Positions 37,248-46,737 of a DNA stretch of 64,000 nucleotides are shown one piece after another. Position 1 is the first letter of the stretch. Every line of letters starts with the position of its first letter. Origin of the DNA: an uncultured Lentimicrobiaceae bacterium. Its GTDB lineage: Bacteria; Bacteroidota; Bacteroidia; Bacteroidales; WCHB1-69. The position numbers and the translations under genes are program-made. The notes beneath the pieces are model-generated. The model worked only from the letters and a program-made list of their open reading frames with translations. It was not told the DNA's origin and searched no databases. Location: positions 73,480 to 137,479 of the forward strand of contig CAZRCF010000001.1 of the NCBI GenBank assembly GCA_964598505.1, read 5' to 3'.

Positions 37248-38620
37248 ACTAATTCTTCTCCATCTCCAACTATTTGTTGATCACGAACATCTTGAATATC
37301 ACAATTGAATTCAGTTTTAACAACATTCTTTTTAGCTTTTACATCGGGTAAGAATAAGCTAGGAAATCCCATGTCAATTAAATCATCAACAACAGGAGCC
37401 ATTTTAATTTTACCTTCAGTTGCTGCTCGTAAGATTCTACCAATTACTTGAATTAATGATTTCTTACCAGCTAAATTTGTTCCCAATATAAGAGAACTTA
37501 ATTGTTCGAAATCAAATCCTTTTCCGGCATACGAATATGTTGCAACGACAACTTTAACAGTCGCTTTATCTAATGCATCTTTTTCATCGCCATAAAATCT
37601 TCTATGAATAATATTCTCTGCTTCTAATCCATCTGATATTAATTTTATTTGAGCTTTTGTAAAAACTAATACTATAACAGTATGTCCTTCTTCCAATCTC
37701 TTTTTAATAAGTTTTATAATGATTTTTAAGTATTCTGGACTTTTAACAATAATTGAATTATAGAATGCTTTGCGTTTAATATAATCCGGCATTTTACCAA
37801 GTACAAATGAATATTTTCCAGATAACTTACTATCATAATAATTTAAAATATAAGTTGGTTTAAGATCATAATGTTTTGTTTCGTATATAATTTCACCAAT
37901 TGTATTTTTCATAAGAACTTCAGCTGTGCCACTTTGAAAGGGTGTTGCTGATAGTCCTATAAAATTTTGAGTTCTAAACATTAATGATGCTTTCGCGTAT
38001 TTGCTCGAACTTGAGGTATTATGAACTTCGTCATAAAAGACCAATCCGAATCTTGCCGCATCCATTAATTGAAAATTTTTATGCATATCTGTTTTAATTT
38101 TAGACAATAATGTTTGAACAGTAGCTATTACAACTGGTCTATCAACTACGAAATGTTTTCCTTTAATCAATCCTATATCTTCTGGTTTAAGATCTGTAAA
38201 TTTAAGAAAACTTTCGACCCATTGATTGAGTAAATTCTCGTTATCTATAACGATACAAGTCTTTAAACCAATTTTAGAAGCAATATATGTACTTACAACA
38301 GTTTTACCAAAACCAGGTCTAGCTTTACCTATTCCATTAACCTGTTTTAAATTTTTATTATATGTATCTAATATTGTTTTAATAAATTCTACCTGTTCAT
38401 CTCTTAATGTTCCCGTGAATTTATAGAAGGTTGGACTTGGGGTTACATTCTCTTTGCTCTCAAACACTTCTACTCCAGCTGGAAAATTCTTATAGAATAA
38501 TCTAGGTAGGAAAATTTTATCTTCAGTCTCATACAAATTAATTTCATCAAAACCTTCAGCTAACTGAGAGTATTTATTGATAAAGTTTTCTAGATTTTCT
38601 TTCTTTAGATAACACCACAC
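37244..38620 (-). CDS. SF2 DEAD/DEAH-box helicase
   Basis: Walker A is GFGKTV, motif II is YDEVHN, motif III-like is SATP and motif VI-like is QVIGRILR. Confidence 0.75.
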   Translation of the reverse strand: MWCYLKKENLENFINKYSQLAEGFDEINLYETEDKIFLPRLFYKNFPAGVEVFESKENVTPSPTFYKFTGTLRDEQVEFIKTILDTYNKNLKQVNGIGKARPGFGKTVVSTYIASKIGLKTCIVIDNENLLNQWVESFLKFTDLKPEDIGLIKGKHFVVDRPVVIATVQTLLSKIKTDMHKNFQLMDAARFGLVFYDEVHNTSSSSKYAKASLMFRTQNFIGLSATPFQSGTAEVLMKNTIGEIIYETKHYDLKPTYILNYYDSKLSGKYSFVLGKMPDYIKRKAFYNSIIVKSPEYLKIIIKLIKKRLEEGHTVIVLVFTKAQIKLISDGLEAENIIHRRFYGDEKDALDKATVKVVVATYSYAGKGFDFEQLSSLILGTNLAGKKSLIQVIGRILRAATEGKIKMAPVVDDLIDMGFPSLFLPDVKAKKNVVKTEFNCDIQDVRDQQIVGDGEELV

Positions 38621-38823
38621 TAATCATTCTCCTTTATTGCTCGTAATTTACGTTCCCATATATTACCTTTGTGTCCATGAGAACTTAAGAAAGTTGCACA
38701 ATCTCTTATATATTCAATTTCTTTTTCTTGATCACCTGGTTCTGGAATAAATTCACAATATATACGAGTTATTTTGTGACCTTGTTCATCAATATGCGTT
38801 TTAGATCTCGATTCATATTTCAT
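38620..38823 (-). CDS. hypothetical protein
   Basis: 67-aa ORF. Confidence 0.5.
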   Translation of the reverse strand: MKYESRSKTHIDEQGHKITRIYCEFIPEPGDQEKEIEYIRDCATFLSSHGHKGNIWERKLRAIKEND

Positions 38824-38827
38824 ATCA

Positions 38828-39175
38828 TTAATCCCATTCTAATGTTTTAACTATTTCACTATATTTGACTTTTTTTGTAACTATTTTACAATTATCTTTA
38901 AAATTTTGAAGTTGAGCTTTCATTTCTTTTTTCAAAGCTTCTTTAAAGTCATCAGAAATATAGTCTGGAAAATTTGTAATTTGTATAAGAAGATGACAAA
39001 TTTCTCCTACTTCTGATCCTTCTAATTCTGAATATTTTGTAAGTTCATTAGCTAATTTTCTTAACTGAAAATTTATAGTTTCCTTCATGTTTATTCTCCC
39101 GCTCACTTCTGATAATTTGTTCAATTGCTCCGAGAAGAATACCATAATTTGGTATTCTTTGCTCTCCCCCACCAT
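38828..39175 (-). CDS. hypothetical protein (start uncertain; an internal MKETINF start at 39088 has a GGGAG RBS)
   Basis: 115-aa track ORF. See the frameshift and micro-ORF note for 39121-39255. Confidence 0.45.
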   Translation of the reverse strand: MVGESKEYQIMVFFSEQLNKLSEVSGRINMKETINFQLRKLANELTKYSELEGSEVGEICHLLIQITNFPDYISDDFKEALKKEMKAQLQNFKDNCKIVTKKVKYSEIVKTLEWD

Positions 39176-39257
39176 CCATCTCCCTTTTTATATATATCTG
39201 GATAAGCTTCTCGAATTGCAATTGCTGCTAATCCAAATGTGTCTTTTCTTTCCATAT

Positions 39258-40781
39258 CTATCTTCCACTCTTTATTAAATTCAATTTATCTCTAACATGT
39301 TTAATTACTTGTGATTTCTCACGACCAGAGATATGAACAATACCATCGACTTGATCTGTTATTTGATTACATTGATTCCAATTTGCATTCTTTACATAGA
39401 AATGTAAATTATAATCAGTTAATAAATATTTCTTTTGACCTTTTTGATCTATAAAGATCATAAGTATTTTATCATTAACTTCTCTTACGTCGAAAAACGT
39501 TAAGTCAGCTGTAATTTCAGTCACAAATTTATCTCCTGTTGTTATAATTGGAACTTCATATCTTGGAATTTCTGGAACAACTATTGAAGTAGTTACGGAA
39601 GCTTGTTCATCTTTTGACTTAAACATATTTAAGATTGTTCCAAAGTCTTTCTTAAACTTATCTAAATTGTCAGCATTATAATTTGCCGAACTAGGATGAA
39701 TAATAGGAATTATTGATTGATTATTACTTGTAAATACTTTTCCTGATAAACTTGCCATTCCACCTTTAAGTCCAAACCAATCAGATGCTTTAGCTCCTAA
39801 AGGAACAATAATTTTAGCTGGAAATGTTTGTTTAATTCCATCTACTAAATCTCTACATCTAGTTTTAACATCCTCTGGATTTTTGATGTCACTTTCATTT
39901 CTAGTATGACATAAAACTACATTCGTAATTACCCATTTTATGTGAGGTGGAATTAAAGCCATACGCTCTCTTAATATTTTACCAGATTTACCAACGAATG
40001 GTTTTCCAATTTCAACTTCCTCTGTTCCGGGATTTAATCCAAAGAAGATTATATCGATATTACCACCATCGTCCATATTTGTATCGAGAATTACAGTTGG
40101 TTTTCCATATAGTTCACAACCTTTACATTCTGGTCGTGAAAATATATATTGTTTTGCTTGATCACAAAATGTTTTAATTCCAGGTGGAAGTTCTCTATAA
40201 ATATCTAAAACAAAGTTATTAACTTTTGGACTGTTTAGTAAAGGTGTATCGTCTAATTTCAAAGTTGCTTTACCACTATTTATATGTTTATCCATTTTTT
40301 CGACATCATCAAAGGATATTACATTTAAATTAACTAGATCATAAAAGAAGTTAAGTTCATTTTCATTATATTCTTTATCATATAATCTTCCGAAATATTC
40401 TTCCAGAAGTTCTTTTATTTTCTGTTTATTTTTATCGGCAAGTTCTGTATTTTTGAGATACATTAATTTTTCTGGAATTGATCTTTTTGTAACTCTATTC
40501 GCATCCAATAAATAAGTTAAACTATAAATTAAATTAACTGTATCAAATTTATTAAAAAGATATAAATGATTTAAATATTTATTAATGAACCACGTTATAT
40601 GTGGTGTATTGTATGTATATAATAAAAATCGTTTAATAATATTATTATCGAATTCATATTTTTCGATAAGCCATTCTAGTTCTTCTCTTCTTCGATTATT
40701 ACTAAATAACCAATTTGTTAGACCTTTTAGACCATTTAAAAAATTTGATTTCTTCTTTGTTATATTCCCTTTTGTTGGCAC
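39258..40781 (-). CDS. protein with a C-terminal family-4 uracil-DNA glycosylase-like domain
   Basis: FFGLNPGTEEVEIGKPFVGKSGKILR (compare GEAPG..E...G.PFvG.aG.lL), VITNVVLCHTRNE and IHPSS. The N-terminal ~230 aa are unassigned. Confidence 0.6.
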   Translation of the reverse strand: MPTKGNITKKKSNFLNGLKGLTNWLFSNNRRREELEWLIEKYEFDNNIIKRFLLYTYNTPHITWFINKYLNHLYLFNKFDTVNLIYSLTYLLDANRVTKRSIPEKLMYLKNTELADKNKQKIKELLEEYFGRLYDKEYNENELNFFYDLVNLNVISFDDVEKMDKHINSGKATLKLDDTPLLNSPKVNNFVLDIYRELPPGIKTFCDQAKQYIFSRPECKGCELYGKPTVILDTNMDDGGNIDIIFFGLNPGTEEVEIGKPFVGKSGKILRERMALIPPHIKWVITNVVLCHTRNESDIKNPEDVKTRCRDLVDGIKQTFPAKIIVPLGAKASDWFGLKGGMASLSGKVFTSNNQSIIPIIHPSSANYNADNLDKFKKDFGTILNMFKSKDEQASVTTSIVVPEIPRYEVPIITTGDKFVTEITADLTFFDVREVNDKILMIFIDQKGQKKYLLTDYNLHFYVKNANWNQCNQITDQVDGIVHISGREKSQVIKHVRDKLNLIKSGR

Positions 40782-40792
40782 AATTTACTCCT

Positions 40793-41029
40793 TTAATTTA
40801 GAGTTTGGTCCTTACTTTCTTTAATCGCATCTATATTAGATACTGCGTGTGATAAATTTATAAGATGATCTACACTTACTTTTGAAATCTCTTTTGAAAT
40901 ATCTAATTCATTAACAATTTCAATTATTAATATTTCAAGTTGTAAAATTCGTCTTCCAAAAGAATATAATAATATAGCTATAATAATTATTCCTATTGCA
41001 AATATAATTGTAGCAAAAATGTTTAACAT
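40793..41029 (-). CDS. hypothetical membrane protein
   Basis: 78-aa ORF with an N-terminal TM segment. Confidence 0.5.
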   Translation of the reverse strand: MLNIFATIIFAIGIIIIAILLYSFGRRILQLEILIIEIVNELDISKEISKVSVDHLINLSHAVSNIDAIKESKDQTLN

Positions 41030-41044
41030 TCGTTTCTCTCCTTT

Positions 41045-41065
41045 ATAATATTTCTATATAAAAAT
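41045..41065 (-). promoter_or_regulatory. conserved promoter-like box
   Basis: TATAATATTTCTATATAAAAA on the + strand. Confidence 0.5.
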
Positions 41066-41075
41066 AGAAAAATAT

Positions 41076-41291
41076 TTATTTGTTTTTTAAAAATCTTTCA
41101 CATCCAGGTTGATCAAGTTCATCGAAAACATATTCATTTACAGCATATGGAGGACCATTATACCAATCTTCTTTTCTTGAATAATCATCAAGACATATAG
41201 CGGTAATAACTCTACTACCAATATCTGTGCAACGCCATTTTTCTCCAGCACATATAAAAGTTTCTCCAATTTTAAAATCAGATAGTTTCAT
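41076..41291 (-). CDS. hypothetical protein
   Basis: 71-aa ORF. Confidence 0.5.
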   Translation of the reverse strand: MKLSDFKIGETFICAGEKWRCTDIGSRVITAICLDDYSRKEDWYNGPPYAVNEYVFDELDQPGCERFLKNK

Positions 41292-41316
41292 ATTATCTCC
41301 TTATAAAAATATTTTA

Positions 41317-41347
41317 ATCGGCAAGATCAAGTTAAGATCTTGCCGAT
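41317..41347. terminator. Class-I conserved-stem hairpin
   Basis: ATCGGCAAGATC AAGTTA AGATCTTGCCGAT. Confidence 0.6.
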
Positions 41348-41366
41348 TAAAAATGAACATAGTATT

Positions 41367-42338
41367 TTAACTTAATATATCTTTAAAATATTCATCTGAA
41401 ATTGTATCAATTATAAAATCATCCCAAAACGTTCTATCGACTTTTTCCGGCAAAGAACTTTTAAATGATAACAATTCTACTTCTTCAATTAATAATTCTA
41501 ATTGTGGAGCTACTACTGTTTGATAATCAAATTTTCCTTGTTTAATATCAAGTAATAAATTAGCTTCTTTTAAAGGAAATATAATAGTGTTTTCCAAGAG
41601 AATTTGTTTTACTTGATACGCTGCTCTAAAGGCATGAGATATGGCTTTCCAATCAATTCCTTCATTAGCTGCTGCCATACGAGCTCGTTCGCCATAATTC
41701 TTGACGAAATATGAAACCACTGCACTGGCGTTTGTAATCATTTCTGTTTCACCAATCTTTCGACCACATACTTCATAATATCTTACACCATTTTCATTTG
41801 GTGGATGTTTGATTATATGATCTCCTGTTGGTAGATTATCCCAAATAGTATACATTTTTCTTACACCATTAATATAATCATCGTAAGTATATGCATCTAA
41901 AAATTTTAATACTTTTTCAGCATCGTTTAATCTCGATCCTTTGATACCATATTTAGAAGCTTGCCGCTTAGCATAACCAATGAAAGCTTTAAGATTCTTA
42001 GTATAAAATTTATCCCTATTAAGGACAATATTATCCCAAATTTGGGATTTTTCTAAAATCATATTTTCAGGGGCATGAAGCATATCAAGAGCTACAGTTT
42101 CACCTTCACATGCTAAATGAATAAAATAATGTAATGAATATTCTTCAAAATCAATATCACCTGGTGAATTTTTAAGAGTAGAATCTTTTTTAGAATCCTG
42201 TTTCATACTCTTTGGAAATTTACCAAGTAATATCTCTTTTTTAGCCGGCAAGAACACTCCTTTGAAATCTTTATTAGATTCGGGAGTGCTCGTGCCGTAT
42301 AAATGAGATCCATATATCATTTTAACTATTGTTTTCAT
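41367..42338 (-). CDS. predicted nucleotidyltransferase (Pol-beta superfamily)
   Basis: The N-terminal IYGSHLYGTSTPESNKDFKGVF matches the GS..YG....S(D/N).D pattern of the nucleotidyltransferase family often linked to RNA-repair operons. Confidence 0.5.
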   Translation of the reverse strand: MKTIVKMIYGSHLYGTSTPESNKDFKGVFLPAKKEILLGKFPKSMKQDSKKDSTLKNSPGDIDFEEYSLHYFIHLACEGETVALDMLHAPENMILEKSQIWDNIVLNRDKFYTKNLKAFIGYAKRQASKYGIKGSRLNDAEKVLKFLDAYTYDDYINGVRKMYTIWDNLPTGDHIIKHPPNENGVRYYEVCGRKIGETEMITNASAVVSYFVKNYGERARMAAANEGIDWKAISHAFRAAYQVKQILLENTIIFPLKEANLLLDIKQGKFDYQTVVAPQLELLIEEVELLSFKSSLPEKVDRTFWDDFIIDTISDEYFKDILS

Positions 42339-42352
42339 TATTATTTACTCTC

Positions 42353-42781
42353 CTAAGTCATTAAGATTTCTAAGGCACTTTCATATCGTTTTAGTAGTTT
42401 TTCAGCTCCAGGAACCATTCTTGTTGGATCAGAATTATGTTGTAAGTCTGCTATTTTAACTTGAATGGCTATTTCATTTCCTGATTCTTTTATTTTTCTT
42501 ATCCAATCTATATAAGTTATATTTTTATCCAATTTTGAAACAAGGACAACAGCATCTACTACTTCTTTTGAAAACCCCATAGCTAATAAATTTTCTGCAG
42601 TATATTTAGTATCTTCTAAAACATCATGAAGTAAAGCAACAACACCACCAACCTCAAAATATTTTCTCGGAAGTATTAGACTAACAGTAAGAGGATGGAT
42701 ATAATATTCATTACCTGATTTATCTACTTGTCCTTTATGGGCAATTTTAATAAATTCTAATGCTATATCATACATGTTCAT
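42353..42781 (-). CDS. HD-domain hydrolase, SpoT/Mesh1-like small alarmone hydrolase
   Basis: YYIHPLTV ... ALLHDVLEDT is the RelA/SpoT hydrolase HD signature. At 142 aa it is a single domain. Confidence 0.7.
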   Translation of the reverse strand: MNMYDIALEFIKIAHKGQVDKSGNEYYIHPLTVSLILPRKYFEVGGVVALLHDVLEDTKYTAENLLAMGFSKEVVDAVVLVSKLDKNITYIDWIRKIKESGNEIAIQVKIADLQHNSDPTRMVPGAEKLLKRYESALEILMT

Positions 42782-42996
42782 AATTCCTCTTTACCAGGAT
42801 ATATTTTTTTGAATGGTTCGAGTTTCCAACTATCTATTCTTTTTATAATCCCAAGATAATGAGCTTGATTTATTGTCAAAATTACTTGTATGTGTCCACC
42901 ACCTTCATTAACTGCCCATTCACTAAATCCATGTAATTTACAAAATTGTTTCCAATCAGAACAAGTGTTCATTATTTCTTGCAATGACATTATCAT
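42778..42996 (-). CDS. hypothetical protein
   Basis: 72-aa ORF with 4-nt overlaps on both sides. Confidence 0.5.
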   Translation of the reverse strand: MIMSLQEIMNTCSDWKQFCKLHGFSEWAVNEGGGHIQVILTINQAHYLGIIKRIDSWKLEPFKKIYPGKEEL

Positions 42997-44240
42997 ATAT
43001 AATCATCTCCTATTGTACTTGGTGAAAACTTTTTCTTTGATTTATTTTCTTGAGTTGATGTGATAATCATTTCACCAGTTTCAATTGCTTTATTTCTTAG
43101 ATCTTTGACTCTTTTTTCAACTTCTATATATTCATTTGATTTTGTTTCTTCAATAATAGCTTTCTTTGGTCTAGATTTATCAATTGTTTCGTCTACGAAT
43201 TTCTTTAACATATTATTAATTGTTGGACTTGGTTTTTCATGTTCTTCTGAAACTTCTTCATGAGGAATTTCATATTTAACTGCTTCAATCTTATCATCAA
43301 ATAATTCTTTCTCAATTAAAGCAATTCCAAGATTATCATATATAAATACTTTTCGTTCAACAATCGAAGGAATACCAAAGAACATTTTATTGATAATCTT
43401 TATTGTTGGTTTATAATTACTATTATAATCTCCACCAATGTTCGGATCATCAACAAATCTATTAATTGAATAATATAATCCTATTAAAGGTTTATTACCA
43501 CAAGTGGCTCTTAGATCTCTTAGATTTTTATAATTGTTCTTTTGAGCAAATTTCATTTCAGTAATCTCATCATCAATTAATCGAAGAATTAAATAATCTC
43601 CACTTTCTTCTCCAAATTGATCAATTTCATCCTCTTCTGTTTCAGAATTAATAATTTCATTTGTAGTTTCTGGTTCTTGAGATGATAATTGTTCTTCTTT
43701 TGAAGTTATTTCATCGAAAACTTTTTGTTCTATTTCTTCTTTAACAACTTCTGTTAATTCTATTTCCGGAAGTAATGATTTAGCAGGATAATTAGAATTA
43801 TCATGATGTTTACCTTTTTGATCATACATAGAGATTTGAAAAATAGGATCAGAAGATTTATTATGTTTCTTTATCCAAGATTTAATAAGTTCTATATCCT
43901 TCATAGTTTTTTCTAATTCAAGATTAAATATTTCGTTTTCTGTTCCAATATACTTATCTTCTGCTAATTTATCTACAATTTTTTGATAGTTTTCTTTAAA
44001 TTGCTCTTCTTTATCGGCAAGAGCTTTTATTGGATCTATAATTTTAACGGTTTCAGGATTTTTATTTTCAAAATCCAAAGCTAGTGGGATACAATCAAGG
44101 CAGAACATTCCGCTTTCGACATATTGCTTTGTTTGATCCCCGTTAAGAATTCGACTTTCAAAGATTCTAACTTTATTAGCATCCTCGAAATCAATACCGC
44201 ATCCATCGCAGCTATATAGTGGCTTATATTTTAATACCAT
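42993..44240 (-). CDS. hypothetical protein with an N-terminal zinc ribbon and an acidic linker
   Basis: CDGCG ... CLDC, 415 aa. Confidence 0.55.
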   Translation of the reverse strand: MVLKYKPLYSCDGCGIDFEDANKVRIFESRILNGDQTKQYVESGMFCLDCIPLALDFENKNPETVKIIDPIKALADKEEQFKENYQKIVDKLAEDKYIGTENEIFNLELEKTMKDIELIKSWIKKHNKSSDPIFQISMYDQKGKHHDNSNYPAKSLLPEIELTEVVKEEIEQKVFDEITSKEEQLSSQEPETTNEIINSETEEDEIDQFGEESGDYLILRLIDDEITEMKFAQKNNYKNLRDLRATCGNKPLIGLYYSINRFVDDPNIGGDYNSNYKPTIKIINKMFFGIPSIVERKVFIYDNLGIALIEKELFDDKIEAVKYEIPHEEVSEEHEKPSPTINNMLKKFVDETIDKSRPKKAIIEETKSNEYIEVEKRVKDLRNKAIETGEMIITSTQENKSKKKFSPSTIGDDYI

Positions 44241-44250
44241 TTTTATTCTC

Positions 44251-44442
44251 CTAATGTAGTTTTTTAACTAATGCTTTTTTAATATCTTTTACTTTGATAT
44301 CTTTTGACATAAATTTAAATAATTCTTGAAAAATATTATGAAGTTCTCTAGCTTTGCAACTTATTGTAAATCCTTTTGAACTAGCTGTGATTGTGGCTCC
44401 CTCTAATTGTAACATCATTTTTATTCTCCTTTCGAATTTCAA
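44251..44442 (-). CDS. hypothetical protein
   Basis: 63-aa ORF with AAAGGAGA RBS. Confidence 0.5.
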   Translation of the reverse strand: MKFERRIKMMLQLEGATITASSKGFTISCKARELHNIFQELFKFMSKDIKVKDIKKALVKKLH

Positions 44443-44460
44443 AAATATAGTTATTTAATT

Positions 44461-44480
44461 ATATAATTTCTATATGAAAA
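44461..44480 (-). promoter_or_regulatory. conserved promoter-like box
   Basis: ATATAATTTCTATATGAAAA on the + strand, immediately downstream (minus sense) of terminator 44492-44525. Confidence 0.55.
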
Positions 44481-44491
44481 TTGTTAATAAT

Positions 44492-44525
44492 AAAAAATGC
44501 TTGGGAGGTTTTACGCCTCCCAAGC
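44492..44525 (-). terminator. rho-independent terminator (class II, unique stem)
   Basis: On the minus strand, GCTTGGGAGGCGTAAAACCTCCCAAGC is followed by ATTTTTT. Confidence 0.7.
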
Positions 44526-44549
44526 GGGGTTATTCATATTTAGTTCATG

Positions 44550-44753
44550 TCATACTAAAGAATTTATGTATTCTTCAATATTAGGTGCATTGTCAGGATC
44601 TTTAATAGTTAACAATGTGAATTCAAGAAACTGTTTTACAGTTAATTTTTCGCTATGTTCGTCTGATAATTGTTCAATCATTTCAAGCATTGTATCTCCA
44701 CAATCCTCATCAATTTCAAAGATCTCTTCAACTATTTCTTCAAATGTCCTCAT
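44550..44753 (-). CDS. hypothetical acidic protein
   Basis: 67-aa ORF with AGGAGG RBS. Confidence 0.5.
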   Translation of the reverse strand: MRTFEEIVEEIFEIDEDCGDTMLEMIEQLSDEHSEKLTVKQFLEFTLLTIKDPDNAPNIEEYINSLV

Positions 44754-44804
44754 ACTTCCTCCTTTTTAGTTTGTGTTATTTTCGGCTACCAATGTCGTTC
44801 ATCA

Positions 44805-45785
44805 TTAATATCTCCATAAATAATTAGCAAGTCTTCTTGTTGGAATATTCTCAAAATCTCGAATTAATAATAATATTGGTATTGCATGATATTCCTTAAT
44901 ACTATATATTCCTTGATCAAATAAATATTCTTGATATGTATTATTAATATCAAATAATATTGTTTTTAGTATGTTTTTCTTATATGTAATTTCTTTTTGT
45001 ATATTATGTAATTTATTAAATGCTATATTATAATTATCTACTCCAGAGCCACATATTTCAATACCATTTGTTATTTTATTATCAAGTTCTATAATTTCTT
45101 CAATTTGAGTTCGAGTTTTTTCTAATTTTGAAATCTTTTTTTCTATATAATTTTTACGACTTATAACATGATACATTCCATATAACATATTACTTTTTGT
45201 AGATCTATATTCATCTCGAATAAGTTCTTTATATCCGAAATTAAAATGTTTGCCTATAAATTTCATTATATAATTGAGACGTTCGGCTATTAAACTAAAG
45301 TTAACATTTTCCGAAAATGTTTTAAGAAATGTTATCATATCTGCTGATTCTCTACCTTTTAAAAGAGTAATACTTAAGAAAAAATTATCAGAATTAATAT
45401 TTTTAAAAATATAAGACATTTCTTTTATAAGATCTAATGAAAATTTATTACAAAAATCTAATAACAAAACATCTAGTTTTATGTGATTTTTATTAATTTC
45501 TTTAATAGCTTCAGATACTTTCATATTATAAATTTTAATTAATGGATAATAATTTTGCCATTTTGAGTTCTTTAGAAATTCGGCATTTTGTTCAACCGCA
45601 TGAAGATTTTCTTCTTTAAATCCTAAACTTAGAGCTAATGGTATTTCTAGACCTTCCTCAGATGGCAAAAATAATATTTGTACATTATCTTTGTTTTTAA
45701 AGTTTTTTGATAATAAATTCCATATTGTTTTACGATATTTAGTTTTTTCTGAAAAGCAGTAACCAGTATCAGGTCGATTTCTCAT
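44805..45785 (-). CDS. hypothetical protein (a Rossmann/methyltransferase-like N-terminal half is only a guess)
   Basis: 326-aa ORF. The ILFLPSEEGLEIPLALSLGF ... LLLDFC pattern is weak. Confidence 0.5.
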   Translation of the reverse strand: MRNRPDTGYCFSEKTKYRKTIWNLLSKNFKNKDNVQILFLPSEEGLEIPLALSLGFKEENLHAVEQNAEFLKNSKWQNYYPLIKIYNMKVSEAIKEINKNHIKLDVLLLDFCNKFSLDLIKEMSYIFKNINSDNFFLSITLLKGRESADMITFLKTFSENVNFSLIAERLNYIMKFIGKHFNFGYKELIRDEYRSTKSNMLYGMYHVISRKNYIEKKISKLEKTRTQIEEIIELDNKITNGIEICGSGVDNYNIAFNKLHNIQKEITYKKNILKTILFDINNTYQEYLFDQGIYSIKEYHAIPILLLIRDFENIPTRRLANYLWRY

Positions 45786-45848
45786 TAGATATTTTTCCTT
45801 TCAATTTAAAATAAAGATTAAAATATAGTATATATTTTAATTTATAAT

Positions 45849-45869
45849 CTTATTATTTCTATATGAAAG
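45849..45869 (-). promoter_or_regulatory. conserved promoter-like box
   Basis: CTTATTATTTCTATATGAAAG on the + strand, next to terminator 45881-45914. Confidence 0.55.
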
Positions 45870-45880
45870 ATTCGAATAAT

Positions 45881-45914
45881 AAAAAATGCTCAGGGACAAT
45901 AAATGTCCCCGAGC
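45881..45914 (-). terminator. rho-independent terminator (class II)
   Basis: On the minus strand, GCTCGGGGACATTTATTGTCCCTGAGC is followed by ATTTTTT. Confidence 0.7.
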
Positions 45915-45936
45915 GGGTTGTTAATTCTATTCCTTT

Positions 45937-46737
45937 TTATACCTCGAATGTGGAATAACCACTACTATTGAATGTTATAATCTCGGGAGGAATTTCAGAT
46001 GATACTAAAATTCTCTGAATATTACAGAAAAGTAGAGTTGCCGATAAACTATTAATACTCTGACTTTGATCTCCAAAAAACGCACAACTATCGGTTGGTG
46101 CTTCTTCCTCTATTGTTGGAAACATTTTCATAAAGTTAATTTTTTTACGCTTCTTGAGTTGCTTGAATAAAGCGACTGAATCTTCTTGATTCTCATTGGA
46201 TAAGTTATTTATTACAAACTCATTAAATCCATATGATAAAGTAACAATTTGTCCATTATATAAGAGATTACCGCTATCAATATAAACAACTGGACAATGA
46301 AAGTCCTTATTCAATCCCTTTGCTAGTCTATTTATTAGTTGTCTTGATTTATTATTATCAACACATCCTAATATAAACACTAATGTCTCTGTCCGCATAT
46401 CATAATCAGGATTATGAAATATTAATCTAGATATATCATTTTTCGATCTCATCCTATATTTAATTGCTTCCATGTTTTTAAAATTATAACAGTATTTAGT
46501 GACCAAGGATAATGCTTTACCTTTACCAATATCCCATTCATTAAAATTCTGTCTTAATATATTTCTTTGTTCTACCACATCATCATCTATTATTTTATAG
46601 ATAACTTCGACTTCTTCTGGTAGTCTCAATTTAATGTTATTCAATAATTTAGAGAGTAGTGGAACTAACCAAGAGCCAGTTCCACCACATCCCACTTGTA
46701 ATATAACTATTTTCCTACAGTGCTGGATTAAGTTCAT
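45937..46737 (-). CDS. ThiF/E1-like adenylyltransferase
   Basis: VILQVGCGGTGSWLVP (nucleotide-binding loop), IIDDDVVEQRNILRQNF and GCVDNNKSRQLIN. The ATG at 46737 has GGAG 9 nt upstream. The track start at 46767 is the alternative. Confidence 0.75.
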   Translation of the reverse strand: MNLIQHCRKIVILQVGCGGTGSWLVPLLSKLLNNIKLRLPEEVEVIYKIIDDDVVEQRNILRQNFNEWDIGKGKALSLVTKYCYNFKNMEAIKYRMRSKNDISRLIFHNPDYDMRTETLVFILGCVDNNKSRQLINRLAKGLNKDFHCPVVYIDSGNLLYNGQIVTLSYGFNEFVINNLSNENQEDSVALFKQLKKRKKINFMKMFPTIEEEAPTDSCAFFGDQSQSINSLSATLLFCNIQRILVSSEIPPEIITFNSSGYSTFEV

